In this document: one piece after another, positions 1-11,126 of the stretch
Layout: every line of letters begins with the position of its first letter
How positions within the stretch are numbered: position 1 is the stretch's first letter
Assembly (NCBI RefSeq): GCF_018977255.1
Contig: NW_024704742.1
Coordinates: 50,718,001-50,782,000, forward strand
Length of the DNA stretch: 64,000 nt
Origin: Callorhinchus milii
Lineage: Eukaryota
Direction of reading: 5' to 3'
Program-made: the position numbers and the translations under genes
The notes under the pieces: model-generated
What the model was told of the DNA's origin: nothing
Database searches by the model: none
What the model saw: only the letters and a program-made list of their open reading frames with translations

Positions 1-179
1 GTCAGTCTGCCTGTCTGTCAGTCTGTCTGTCTGTCAGTCTGTCTGTCTGTCAGTCTCACAGTCTGTCTGCCTGTCAGTCAGTCAGTCAGTCAGTCAGTCA
101 GTCAGTCAGTCAGTCTGTCTGCCTGTCTGCCTGTCTGCCTGTCTGCCTGTCTGCCTGTCTGCCTGTCTGCCTGTCTGCC

Positions 180-211
<32 letters not shown>

Positions 212-398
212 AGTCTGTCAGTCTGCCTGTCTGCCTGTCTGTCTGTCTGTCTGTCTGCCTGCCTGTCAGTCTGCCTGCCTGCCTGCCTGCCTGCCAGCCT
301 GCCAGTCTGCCAGTCTGTCTGTCAGTCTGCCTGTCTGTCAGTCTGTCTGTCAGTCTGTCAGTCTGCCTGTCTGCCTGTCTGTCTGCCTGCCTGTCAGT

Positions 399-429
<31 letters not shown>

Positions 430-592
430 CCAGCCTGCCAGTCTGTCTGTCAGTCTGCCTGTCTGTCAGTCTGTCTGTCAGTCTGCCTGCCTGTCAGTCT
501 GCCTGCCTGTCAGTCTGCCTGCCTGCCTGCCAGCCTGCCAGTCTGTCTGTCAGTCTGTCTGTCTGTCTGTCAGTCTGTCAGTCTGTCTGTCT
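1..592. repeat. Compound tetranucleotide microsatellite (GTCT/GCCT/GTCA)n
   Basis: Continuous run of gtct, gcct and gtca units, visible directly. Confidence 0.97.
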
Positions 593-1679
593 GTGCTCCG
601 GACACTGGAGATCACCTGTCGGCACCGGTGGAAGGTTTAGCAGCAGTGAGGTACTATCCAGGCATCTTACCTGTCGGTTTTGTTTTATATTCACATCTTC
701 ACTTGTCAGGTCGGACACAGAGCAAACCCACCCTGTGCTGAACTGATTAAACAGTGCAAGAACGTTTTCGTTTTCAAAAAAATATATATTTTGGAGACAG
801 AAGTCTTTCTGTTTAGGTCTGAGTTGCTTTTTGGGGACTGATCTCACGCCCTGTGTGTGAACATCAATCATTCAGTTCCCAAGTCTGAATCCGACCATCA
901 CTGGTCTTGGCCATTCGTGCTTTGGTCTTTACAATTTAAACTGTTGCAATTTAAAGAGAGATGGACAGCATTTACCCAAAGACAAACGCACACTGGGAAT
1001 AACAGGACTGCAAATATAAGAAGAGATCGTTTCAAACAGAGGTCACGTTTCAAATAGGCAACTTTTAACTTCCAGCCATTTCCCAAATCGAATCAGCAGT
1101 TCTTGAACAGTCACATCCCGTTATTAAACCCTCCAAATACTTTATGATAAGAGCAAAAAAAAAATACTGCTGGACCAAAGAAGACCAAGGTCTATCCAGT
1201 TCGCCTTCCACCACCCTGTCAGTCGCAAGCACATGCCATGTCCCAACCTATATAGTTTATCCTGAGATATTATTTCCTAAAATAAATCTATAATTCTAAT
1301 TATAGTTACCACAAGTGTACTATTTGGACAAAACACTGCCTCAACGACCATGTGGAAGTCTTCCCCACCTTGGGAGTGCATTTCGATCCATTAGGGATCA
1401 AAGAAGCTGCACAAAACAAACTCCAACCTCCTGCTCGGATTTTACACAGCATTTCAAGTTTTCATTCAACAGAGCTCTTCGCTATCTTCCACGTGAAGAG
1501 TTCCCTGTGGGCAGCACCTGCCCACACCCGTACCGTTCCCCAAACACTTTGCAGCTCAACTTACCTTCAGTAAGTCACCCCAACAAGTGTGTGACACAGC
1601 TGATCCGTCAGCTGATCGGGATCTGAAACATTCGCACTCAAAAACAGCTAAAGTTGCATTGCGCAATAACACTTAAACT

Positions 1680-1870
1680 CACACACACACACACACACAC
1701 TCTCTCTCTTTCTGCATTTGGTAGTTGCAGGAATATGATCGTGTGAGAGTTAGTCCTTTCGAAACATTTTTCACTGTTTTCTTTCACGATTCGCAATACA
1801 TCTCTAAACGAGAACTCCAAACGCTCCTCCCTTTGCGGACTCGGTTTAGTTAGCACCCGATCTCACCTCA

Positions 1871-1901
<31 letters not shown>

Positions 1902-1969
1902 CAAATAAACGCACGGATCGTTCATCACGAGGAGGTCGAAAAATAAACGCAGAGCAACTGAAAAGTCCG

Positions 1970-2000
<31 letters not shown>
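1680..2000. repeat. Cluster of dinucleotide microsatellites: (AC)n at ~1680-1700 and ~1871-1900, (AT)n at ~1973-2000
   Basis: Visible directly. Confidence 0.9.
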
Positions 2001-2006
<6 letters not shown>

Positions 2007-2206
2007 AAAACTCGAGTTTGCGTCAGTCGGTGCGTTAGTCGGAAATTCTCGGATCTTTTCTGTGAATAACACAGGAGAAATAAAGGGAAGGAGACCCGGG
2101 GGACGAGCTGCAGGAGAGGAGAGGAGAGGAGAGGAGGGCAGTGCAGTGCAGGGCAGGGCAGGGCAGTGCACGGCACTGACAGGCTGCCTGGCTGGTGCTG
2201 CCTTAC

Positions 2207-2275
2207 CCCAGCGCTGCTGACTTGCTGGTACTGCTCTGCTGCCTTGAGAGCCGGACGTGGTTGCACGGAGAGCAT
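2207..2275 (-). CDS. CORIN: Probable first coding exon of corin (atrial natriuretic peptide-converting enzyme), cytoplasmic tail
   Basis: ATG at 2275 (gcaATG, purine at -3) encodes MLSVQPRPALKAAEQYQQVSSAG, followed by a phase-0 donor GGG|gtaagg. The PALxxxExY pattern matches the human corin N-terminus as I recall it (MKQSPALAPEER[Y/C]RRAGSPKP). The surroundings are GC-rich. CORIN lies downstream of NFXL1 on the same strand in mammals. Confidence 0.62.
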
Positions 2276-2689
2276 TGCAAAAGCCGAGCCCCCGACCCTC
2301 TCGCTTTCCCTTCCTGCCCTCTCGCACTGCTCCACCACTCTCACTTCTCCCGACTTTCAATAGGGGCTCTCGCATTGACTCGGCATTTTCTGGACGTGGA
2401 GCAAGAAACCCCTCCCGCACTGACAGGAGCCTTAAAGCAACACTGCACCGAGGGAGGGAGGGAGGGAGAGGGGAGGGGGGGAGATGGGGACACATAGACC
2501 AGGTGCACTTACAGAAGGGAACCTGCCTGTGAAACGAGCATCAGAGTCACGATATTTGCATCACTTTTTTTTTTTTTGGGGGGGGGGGGGGTGTTCCACG
2601 GTTTGACCTGCAAGAAAAGCCACGACCCATCACCATTGCAACAGCCCCGAGAGAGATACAATAATGGATGTTCAAGGGTAAAATTGCAA

Positions 2690-3270
2690 AGATGCCTTAT
2701 TTGGCAGAGAGAGGAAAAAAAAAACTAGCTCAGAGCAGACTGGTCTGTGCTTCAAAATACAATACCCTGTTTAGCTTTGGGTCAGGATAACCTTCAAAAC
2801 CACGAGATTCCCAGACCAGACCCGTTATTTCACTCATGCAGTAACGTCCAGTTTATGTTGGTTATAAAAGGAGTGATTTATCTGTGAACCGTGAGAGTCA
2901 GATCTAAATTCAATTTATTCAACAATGTAATCCCTCCAAAATATAAAAACTTGATACAGGTGTAGGCGTTTTTAACCGTTTGGGTTTCCCCTCGATTTAC
3001 ACTTGATGTGGTAGATTTTACGGAAAGCAGGTGGTGAAAGCTCTGGTGTTGCAGATTGTGTTAACGGTTTCTAACGTGGTTTGCAATTGCGGATTTTGCA
3101 AACTTGGGACACTGGAGCAGCGTTTGCATTCCCGGCCGTTGTGTGCATGGCATTGCGAACCCTCGTCCTGGCATCACAAACCTTACCCTAAACTTCTCTG
3201 CTCCAACAGCCTGTGCAATTCTGGAAATCAATGTGCCCTCAGATTCAGGAGATTAACCCGTGATAAAGGA
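2690..3270 (-). promoter_or_regulatory. Candidate cardiac promoter/enhancer motif cluster upstream of CORIN
   Basis: Perfect CArG box CCTTATTTGG at 2695-2704; GATA site AGATAA (minus) at 2878-2883 and TGATAA at 3261; T-box half site AGGTGT at 2958-2963; NK2 site TCAAGTG (minus) at 3000-3006. Confidence 0.45.
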
Positions 3271-4297
3271 GCCAAGAAATCTCCTGTGGTACCACATCAC
3301 CATCGGGCAATGCAGAGGGAATCATTCCTTCCACATCGCCTCCTCTGAATGCTCAAATTATTTGGCAGATGAGAATAGCTGCACCTCAGGACACACAAGT
3401 TTGTGTTGCAAAGTGATGAAACTTGACTTGCCCCCCACACACACTCACTCACTCACTCACTCCAGATGATACAGGTAACCATCAGTGTAACTCTAGTCAA
3501 TGATCCTTTAAGACAGGAAATACCTGGTTTACAATTCCTATCTCCAAGTTTAACTGTTGTGCCCAACTGCAGTTGCTTTTCTTTCCAAAACCGCGACACA
3601 TTATACTACAGAGATGGAACATTGTAATTGGCGGATATTTTGATATTTTTGCTTGCACTTGTGGCCAGTGAGTTCTGGTTAATCTATAACAACGGGGTCT
3701 GATAGTCGGTTAAGGACTTTTATAGTGTAACGAGTGTGTGCGATCGTTTCTGTTTGTACATGTGATTAAAGAGGGGAAAGAGCCTCACTATATAAAGCAA
3801 TGTGAAGGCAGGCTGGGCTCAGCAGTCCTGCTTGTGGACTTTTAAGACCTCAAAGCACTGCTGATATCAGCTGGTAGTTACGCAACTAAATCATGTTATG
3901 CTCAAACTGCTGGAAGCAGTTTTGAATTTCTTGCAGCAATAAAATGCTCTGGAGGAAAAAAACATTTGTGTTTCTTTCTCTCTCGTGCGAAATGCCAGTG
4001 AGAATTTTGATTTTATCACAGTTTGGGGAGTGTCTGACTCTTCAGAACAGGTTGTGCCAAAGGACCTCCCAAGAACTGGTGAGGAGTCATTTCCAGCTCA
4101 GGGACTGAATGGAACAGCACCATCTCCTTCAATTTGGTTTTGCTTCCATTCCTATTTGCTTTGCAAATGTGAACATGCCCCCATTTATATTTTCCCATTT
4201 ATATTTTTATTTTATCATCGATTTAGAATCAGCATGAACAGTCAGTGTAATGTAAATGATTGAGTGTACACCTCATGTTTTGGGTGTCCACTACTAG

Positions 4298-4350
4298 GTA
4301 GGGGCTGGTTGGGCCGAATGGTCTGTTTCTGTGCCTTATAGTCTATGTGT
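4298..4350 (+). mobile_element. CR1-type LINE 3' end fragment
   Basis: ttgggccgaatggtctgtttctgtgc...ctatg; the same terminus occurs at ~33265-33306. Confidence 0.55.
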
Positions 4351-5070
4351 AAATCTATCTCTGTGCACTATTTCCTAAGTTTGTTGTGCCCAAGTACACT
4401 GCTGATTCATTTAGTGCTGTCATAGTAGGACTACAATGTACAGCTGACAGTGGTCTGTACCAATATGCTGCTGACGTTTGGTGTGTCCCAATGTACTGTT
4501 AGCAATGTGGGTTGTGTTGGTGAACACCATGCAGTTACACAGCCCATTTGCATCACTCACATCAAATGAAACAAAGTTCTACACTTAAATATGCACATAG
4601 CTCTGCTCTTTGGCCTAAAAATGCTGGGAACTATTTCAAGTTCGTAAAGAACTATCTATTCATCATAAATCTAAATTTATTGTTAAAAATTCTATTAATC
4701 TTAGTATTAATCTTTAATATTAATGATTTAGATTTTGGCTTTATACTGATTGATTATATAGGATCCCATTGATCTCATACTTGTATAGAAAAGGCTGAAA
4801 GATGATGTAAGCACCTCATATAGTGTTTGTGAAACCAAATAATTGGATCCATTAACTTCTAATCTGTTCCAGAGAACTTTAATTACCAAATATTTAAGAG
4901 CTCCCATTCAAACTGATTGTGCTTACTGCCTCTTCCTTTCCCCACACAATCTTGTTTTTTCCACAAACTTAAATTGGAACCATTCATTCTACAGTAGGCA
5001 GACATGTCACCCATCGCAAAGCTACTGGAATGCCTTCTTGATGGTTGGGAACAGGAGGTTGTAGATTCAA

Positions 5071-5228
5071 ACATGAATAAAACACAGATGCTGGAAATCT
5101 CAAACAAAAATCAGAGAGAGCTGGGAAAACTCAGCAGGTCAGGCAGCATCTATGGAGAAAGTTAGTCAACGTTTCAGGTCCACGACCCTTCACCTGACCG
5201 ACTGAGTTTTCCCAGCTCTCTCTGTTTT
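5071..5228. mobile_element. Palindromic Penelope-terminus-derived mini-element with partial hammerhead core
   Basis: Homologous to the reverse complement of the Penelope 3' end at 39255-39390. Inverted arms gagctgggaaaactcag/ctgagttttcccagctc. Flanked by a 13-bp direct repeat gttgtagattcaa (5058-5070, 5229-5241). Confidence 0.75.
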
Positions 5229-5385
5229 GTTGTAGATTCAATATGATTACAGAAAACCATTGCACAAGAATTTGTGCGCATTTAGGAAGTTAAACTGCCT
5301 TTTATTGTTTAATAGTTCAAAAAGTAATGTTGGGAAGTAGTAACACCACATACAGTGGTTACAAATGATTTTTTTTTAAAAAAAT

Positions 5386-5600
5386 CATAATAATAATCCT
5401 TGTATTTGATATAGCACCTTATCACATCTTCGAGACGTCTCAAAGCACTTCACAGAATATACTGTAAAGTGAATTGACTGCATATTTTGTGGCTGAAACG
5501 CAGCTGCCAATTGCGCACCACATTGTCCCATAAACAGTTGTGGATTGAGTAAGCAATTTATTATTTTTTTTGAAGGAATTATTACCCCCGGAAATCAGAC
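5386..5600 (-). mobile_element. Deu-domain SINE, 3' portion
   Basis: (ATA)n tail, and the core gcagctgccaattgcgcac shared with full copies such as 47712-48040. Confidence 0.8.
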
Positions 5601-5914
5601 AAGACATTGAGCCATGTGTCCCAGTGGAGCCCATTTAATGTTAAATCTGGTGCAGAAGAGAAGCAGGAAATATTTATTTGAATCTGAACTAAGGAAGCGA
5701 GTGCACAGGGGATTTCTTTAACTTATTTTATATTTATGCTCTGAATCCTGATCGAATTTGATAGTTGTTTTTTTCCCCACCTTGTTCCTGTGGACTGCCA
5801 AGTTTAGGATTTTGATTCTGATCAGAAGTAGTGGGAGAAATGAGGGCCTTCCTCCTCTGACTTTTAATTACCTGCAATTTTTTGCCAAGTGAAACCTAAT
5901 GCAATGGACCAGTT

Positions 5915-7088
5915 TATCACGGCTCTGTCCTTGACTGGTTCAAATTGTACCTCTCACACCGCCTCCACTTCATCTCCACAAACAATTTCTCCACTAGCCC
6001 CCCCCACCATCTTGTGTGGTATTCCTCAGGGCTCTGTCCTGGGTCCCCTCCTCTTCAATATCTATATGCTTCTTCTTGGTGTCATCATCCATAGACATGG
6101 GGTCAACTTCCACATCCATGCAGACGACACCCAACTCTATCTCTCTGCCTCCACCCTTGACTCCAGGACGACTGCCGTCCTGACAGAATGTCTATTAGAC
6201 ATCAAGTCCTGGATGAGAGCTAATTTTGTTCAGTTAAACGTCAACAAGACCGAGGTTCTCATGATTGGCTCCCGTCAGCGCCTCCTCACCTCAGGCGCTG
6301 ACAGCATCACCATCCATGGTTTCACTCTCCACCTCACTAATCCAGTCCGGAACCTTGGCATCTTGTTTGACCCTCAACTATTCTTTCTAACCACATCTGC
6401 GCCAGGACCTGCTCTGCCTTCCCCTCCTCCGCAACATCGCCCGGCAGCGTCTCACACCGCAGGCCGCCGAAACCCTCACACACACCTTCATAACATCCAG
6501 GCTTGACTAAGCAAACCCTTTGCTTGTCGGCCTCCCCAACTCCTCCCTCCGCAGGCTGCAGATCATCCAGAACCCTGCAGCCCGTGTCCACTCCTGCACT
6601 AAGCTCCGCTACCCTATTCCCCCCCATCCTCGCCCAACTCTACTGGTTTCCCATCACACAGTGGATACAGTTTAAGTTCCTGGTCCTCACCTTCAAAACC
6701 CTCCATGGTCTTGCTACCCCCTATCTCTGTGACCTCCTAACCCCCTACTATCCTGATGCTCCCTCCGCTCAGCGGTCTCCTGCCTGCTTCTCATCCCCCG
6801 CCTCACTCACCCCACTATTGGCGGGCGGCCGTCCGCCACTCTGCCCCCACCTTCTGGAACTCCATCCCGCAGTCCCTCCGCCTCACCCCCTCCCTCGCCA
6901 CCTTCAAGATCCATCTCAAGACCCTCTTCTTAGACCGTGCTTTCGATCTTCCTGCATCACCCCCCTGCCCTCCACCCTCCCCCACCACAACCCCCAGCTC
7001 GAGTCCGTAACTCTGTCTATCCAGCGCCTTCGGACGTCCTCCCAATGTGAAAGACGCTTTACAAATGTAATTTTGTTGCTGTTGTTGT
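5915..7088 (+). mobile_element. 5'-truncated L2-clade LINE (RT C-terminal half and 3' UTR), frameshifted
   Basis: Translation [17 protein letters not shown]...HADDTQLY...LNVNKTE; 3' end ggacgtcctcccaatgtgaaagacgct...(ttg)n. Confidence 0.92.
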
Positions 7089-7117
7089 ACAACAAACTAA
7101 CCTTTGTTTTATTCATG

Positions 7118-7225
7118 TTTTGCCCACAAGTACAATTAATTCATTTTACAGTATATTCTGTGAAGCGCTTTGAGACGTCTCAATAACATGATAAGGCACT
7201 ATATCAAATGCAAGAATTATTATTA
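7118..7225 (+). mobile_element. Deu SINE 3' tail fragment
   Basis: gtgaagcgctttgagacgtc...atcaaatgcaagaattattatt. Confidence 0.7.
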
Positions 7226-7742
7226 GCACCATTTGCCTTTCAGTTAGTGAACTTTTCTAAATATGATGAACAAAGTAAGATTGAACTGCACACCAAAAAT
7301 AGCTGTTTCGAAAATACAATATTGGTTTGACCATCAGTCTGGTCCAAAAACAAAATTACCGGAAATAAATACTTTAACACTTGATTTAAGTTCTTTTTAA
7401 AAAAATAAAACAATTCAGGTCAGACATGCTAAATTATATGCCTGCTGGGCACAGAACTTTGGATCGCATCATGCAATTTCACTTAACATTATGGTAACTA
7501 TTCAATTAGAAAAGTATCATTTTCAACAGATGTTGTATTTTATAATGTCCTATGATAATAAATATAACTCACTTCATTGCCAATAACAGACAGTGTTCAA
7601 CAATTACTTTCTCATGCTAGATTCCTGTTTTATTTTGGAACTTTTCTATAAGCTGTACACTACGATTCAGCTGGTATTTAATACTTGTTCTATGCTAGCA
7701 ATAATACTTGGCATAATTTGCTCTATGCAGTATATATCATTT

Positions 7743-7847
7743 AATAATAATAATAATCCTTGCATTTGATATAGTACTTTTCATGTCTTCTAGACATCTC
7801 AAAGCGCTTCACAGAATATGCTGTAAAATGAATTGACTGTATATTTG
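7743..7847 (-). mobile_element. Deu SINE 3' tail fragment
   Basis: Reverse complement of the SINE tail with (TAA)n. Confidence 0.75.
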
Positions 7848-8354
7848 ATATGCACATCGCTATTATGTTACTTATAATATTGTTATGCTTATGTTATATT
7901 ATTATGTTACTTATATGTTAATAACGGTGTTCGATTAATTTTCTTAACAGCATATTTATATTTTCTGGAAACTTTCAATGAATAGTCAAAAATGACATCC
8001 AGTTGTTTTTCTGTTCCTTCTCCGTTAATAGATACTCTTTCACTTTGTACATATGTTGCCTTTTTCTGGATCCTGTATTAATTTTTTATGTGTCTGTAAC
8101 AAAATCTGTTTACCTTGGCCCAACTGCTCAAATGTCCCAGATCTTAATGATCTTCTAGATACCCTCTTCATTTTACTCACCTGCACAGGTAGGTAATGAA
8201 CAAATATATTTTTGGGAAGGAGAAATTTCTCAGTGCTCAAGTTTCCATCTTTCTTCAATGCAAATTAGATTAATAAGTCAGACATGTGTACATTTTACTT
8301 TCTTTGTTTAAATTGAACTTTGATTACAATAACTTTTATTTTCTTTCTCAACTT

Positions 8355-8900
8355 TGCTTGGTCAGCAAGGGTTCTGACACAAGTGGAAACCAATCACAAT
8401 GTAGAGTATCCAAACCAGACTCTGGGGCCCACATATGTTTGTCCTCTGTGCATTGAAATGTCCATGTCTGGAATGGAATGTGAGCTCTCTCCTTCGTAGC
8501 TGCACCCTGCTTACCTAATCGTGAATAGTAATAGGTGCAGGTTGGCGAGAGTTAAGGCTTGGGGACCCCAAAATACCTTAAGAGTTGAGAGCCATTGAGA
8601 GCACCGTCTGCCTAGTTTCATGCTATTTGACCAGCGAGGACTACCCTACTGGTTAGGCTTTGATTTGTATGGTTTAACACAAGCTGAGTGGGAATTATCT
8701 CCCAGTCTGCCCTCCAAGTCCTGCCAATGAGTTAGACTGGCTGGCCTGCTAACAGAGCAATACTACAGATCTGTCTATCTTAGGAGCTGGACTACGAAGG
8801 CTGCCACAGAGAGTTGACTTGATTCTGACATTGCTGAGTTCCAAAGGGATCCCTCTCCATCTAGCCCCTCTCCGATGGAGTCACAAGTCGGTCATAATTT
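8355..8900 (+). repeat. Unclassified old dispersed repeat (longest of four fragments in the window)
   Basis: Shares ggtcag..tctgac..gaaa..tccaaaccagac..ccatgtctggaatgga..gcaccctg with 29135-29225 and 45355-45500. Shares tccaagtcctgccaa..actggctgg..tactacag..gattctgaca with 15545-15740. Confidence 0.6.
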
Positions 8901-9199
8901 CATTATCAAGAAGAGCAACAACTTACATTTACATACTATCTTTCACATAAATAATGTCTCAAAATGCTTGACATACCTGAAGGCAGACACCGAACAAGCT
9001 AATAACAGATTTAAATATGTTGACCACAATAAGTATGATTGAAAGTTTTTTTTATTTCTTAAAAGCATGAGAGAAAGCAAAGCGATTTATTTCACCCCTT
9101 TTTCTCACAGATCACACAGAATAGTTATGAGCTAACATTTCAGTTGATTGCTGAAATGTTTCATCCTCGTACTTCTGCAAATGTAAAACACATCTCACA

Positions 9200-9600
9200 C
9201 AGCATGTTAATAAACAATGTAGATCTTTAAGATGTCATTCTAAAGTCTTGCTGGATAATCAGTCTCTTATGTGGACCTTGTCAAATGCCTTCCAAAAAGA
9301 TTAACTCTATTTCCTTCACCTATACAGGCTTCAAATTCAATTCACTTTGTTAAACCTGACTCTGCTCTTTCGTAATAAATACTAAGAATTCAAACTCCTA
9401 CCTATATTGTTATAGATCACCCACAATTAAAGTAAAACCATGATTGGCCTAGATTTCGCCGTCTTATCCATTTACGTTTTTGAAAAGGATTATCGCATTC
9501 AACACTTTCATGTCTTTTGGTATTATTTGAATTTTCGAAGCTTTTAGGATGGCTACCAAGATCACCACAGCACTCAATTCATTTGTAAACCCAATTAGCC
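9200..9600 (-). mobile_element. Highly decayed CR1-type RT fragment
   Basis: The minus strand reads ...KAFDKV... at ~9275-9295; boundaries are approximate. Confidence 0.4.
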
Positions 9601-10152
9601 CCAATCTTGATTACCATTGTGATGGGCTGACTGAGTTAGAAGCTCTTAAAGCCACATCCAGACAAATTTGACAGACCACAGCGGCTTGCTTAAGATGGTA
9701 GTATAATAAACTACTAGAATATCAACATTACAGAGGTGTTTCTTCCAGCCAGATGTTATGAACTTTTAAGGAGCAAAACAGTGGATATTGACATTTCAAC
9801 TCCAGCAGGAAAAAAAAATTACATGGTTATCTTGCTTTGTAAAGTGGTCCACCATTGCCTCTCCCTAACAGTTGACTATCTGGTTTGAGTTCAGTTTTGT
9901 CGTTAAACCCTGTCAGGCTCAACACAGGATTCATTTTTGAGGCACTATACTGAACGATTTACTGTTTTAGCTATGGAATAAGGCTGAGGAATTTGCAATT
10001 GATGAAGACAATCTCCTTCATAGTTAATAACTGTCTTTATATCATTGTCAGGCCTGAGTGATAGCACTATAAATTATCTAATGACTCCTTGATCTATCAT
10101 AGTGGATACCAATCTCAGTATTCAAGAGTACAATCTGAGAAACTTAGAAGTG

Positions 10153-11126
10153 TGTTAGAATTTACATTTTTTTATAATGTTAGAATCATTATAGATGTTG
10201 CGAACGTGTTAACTTTTGCTAGAATCGTAATAGATGTTGTGAATGGGTTAACTTTTAAGTTAAGTGTGGGGGACAACTGGACTGACAGTCATGGGATACG
10301 ACACATCTGGTTTTCTCTGTTTTTGAAAGAATAACGGACAGGGGCAGGGGGTCACCTCTTATCAGTAAATGACAACAAGCCCACAGAGGTAACGGTCCAA
10401 GGTACCAGTCGACACAGGATCTCGACTGAGCAGTAAGTCGCTAGATTCTGACAGGGCCAGCCAAGCGACAGAAGGCAACCCTCAAGAATAGCAAATAATG
10501 AGCAAGTTGCTTATATCTAGAGGGCCTTGGTACCATCCCGGGATACTGATAAGAAATAACCAGTCAGTTAAAAGGAATGTACTAATGATCCCACCTAACA
10601 AAATAACAAGCATCAGATAACAGGGGTCTTAAGGACAATGTGTATGTGTGTGAGGCACGTACACCCCATGAGGTGTTCACGTGAACCCAGCATGATTTCG
10701 ACAGGTGATCTAATGTCCGCACCATGATTGGACGAATATCGGTATAAGAGCTCCGATAACTTTGTGTACGGGGCCATCCCGGGTCGCGGAGACAAGGGTA
10801 CGGGAGATGGAGCCATCCCGGGCTGCGGAGACAAGGGTACGGGAGATGGAAGACTGAGAGCTAGAAACGCTAAGACTGAGGATATCAGATAGAAGATTGA
10901 AAGCTGTAAGCAAGAAGACTGAAAGCATGAAGAGTCAAGCTTGTGTGCTGTAAAGACACAGTGTTGAACTCAAGATATCTACGGTGGTATTATTCTGTTA
11001 TAAGATCTGTTGATTGTACCGGTCTTTGGTCTGATCCATCGGGATATTGGGGAATAACGAACAAATAATAATAAAACGTCTGATATCTGGTTGCAAACAG
11101 ATTATGGGTGATTTTATTTTCTAACA
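10153..11126 (+). mobile_element. Solo LTR (ERV or Gypsy type), 974 bp
   Basis: Termini TGTTAGAA...TTCTAACA form a perfect 8-bp inverted repeat. 4-bp TSD AGTG at 10149-10152 and 11127-11130. TATA-like TATAAGAG at 10744 and AATAAA at 11070-11075. Internal 39-bp tandem duplications. Confidence 0.85.

Noticed and set aside
1..592. Repeat array as a CRISPR-like or coding repeat
   Set aside because: Simple tetranucleotide microsatellite with no unique spacers, in a eukaryotic context.
898..1086. ORF GNGWK...LLIFAVLLFPVCVCL resembling the corin transmembrane exon
   Set aside because: An in-frame TGA lies immediately upstream with no AG acceptor in between, the start is TTG, and the similarity is limited to a hydrophobic run. 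Probably chance.
1971..2495. 174-aa minus-strand ORF over the GC-rich region
   Set aside because: It runs through microsatellites and past a strong splice donor. Only the 2275-2207 segment, in another frame, has supporting evidence.
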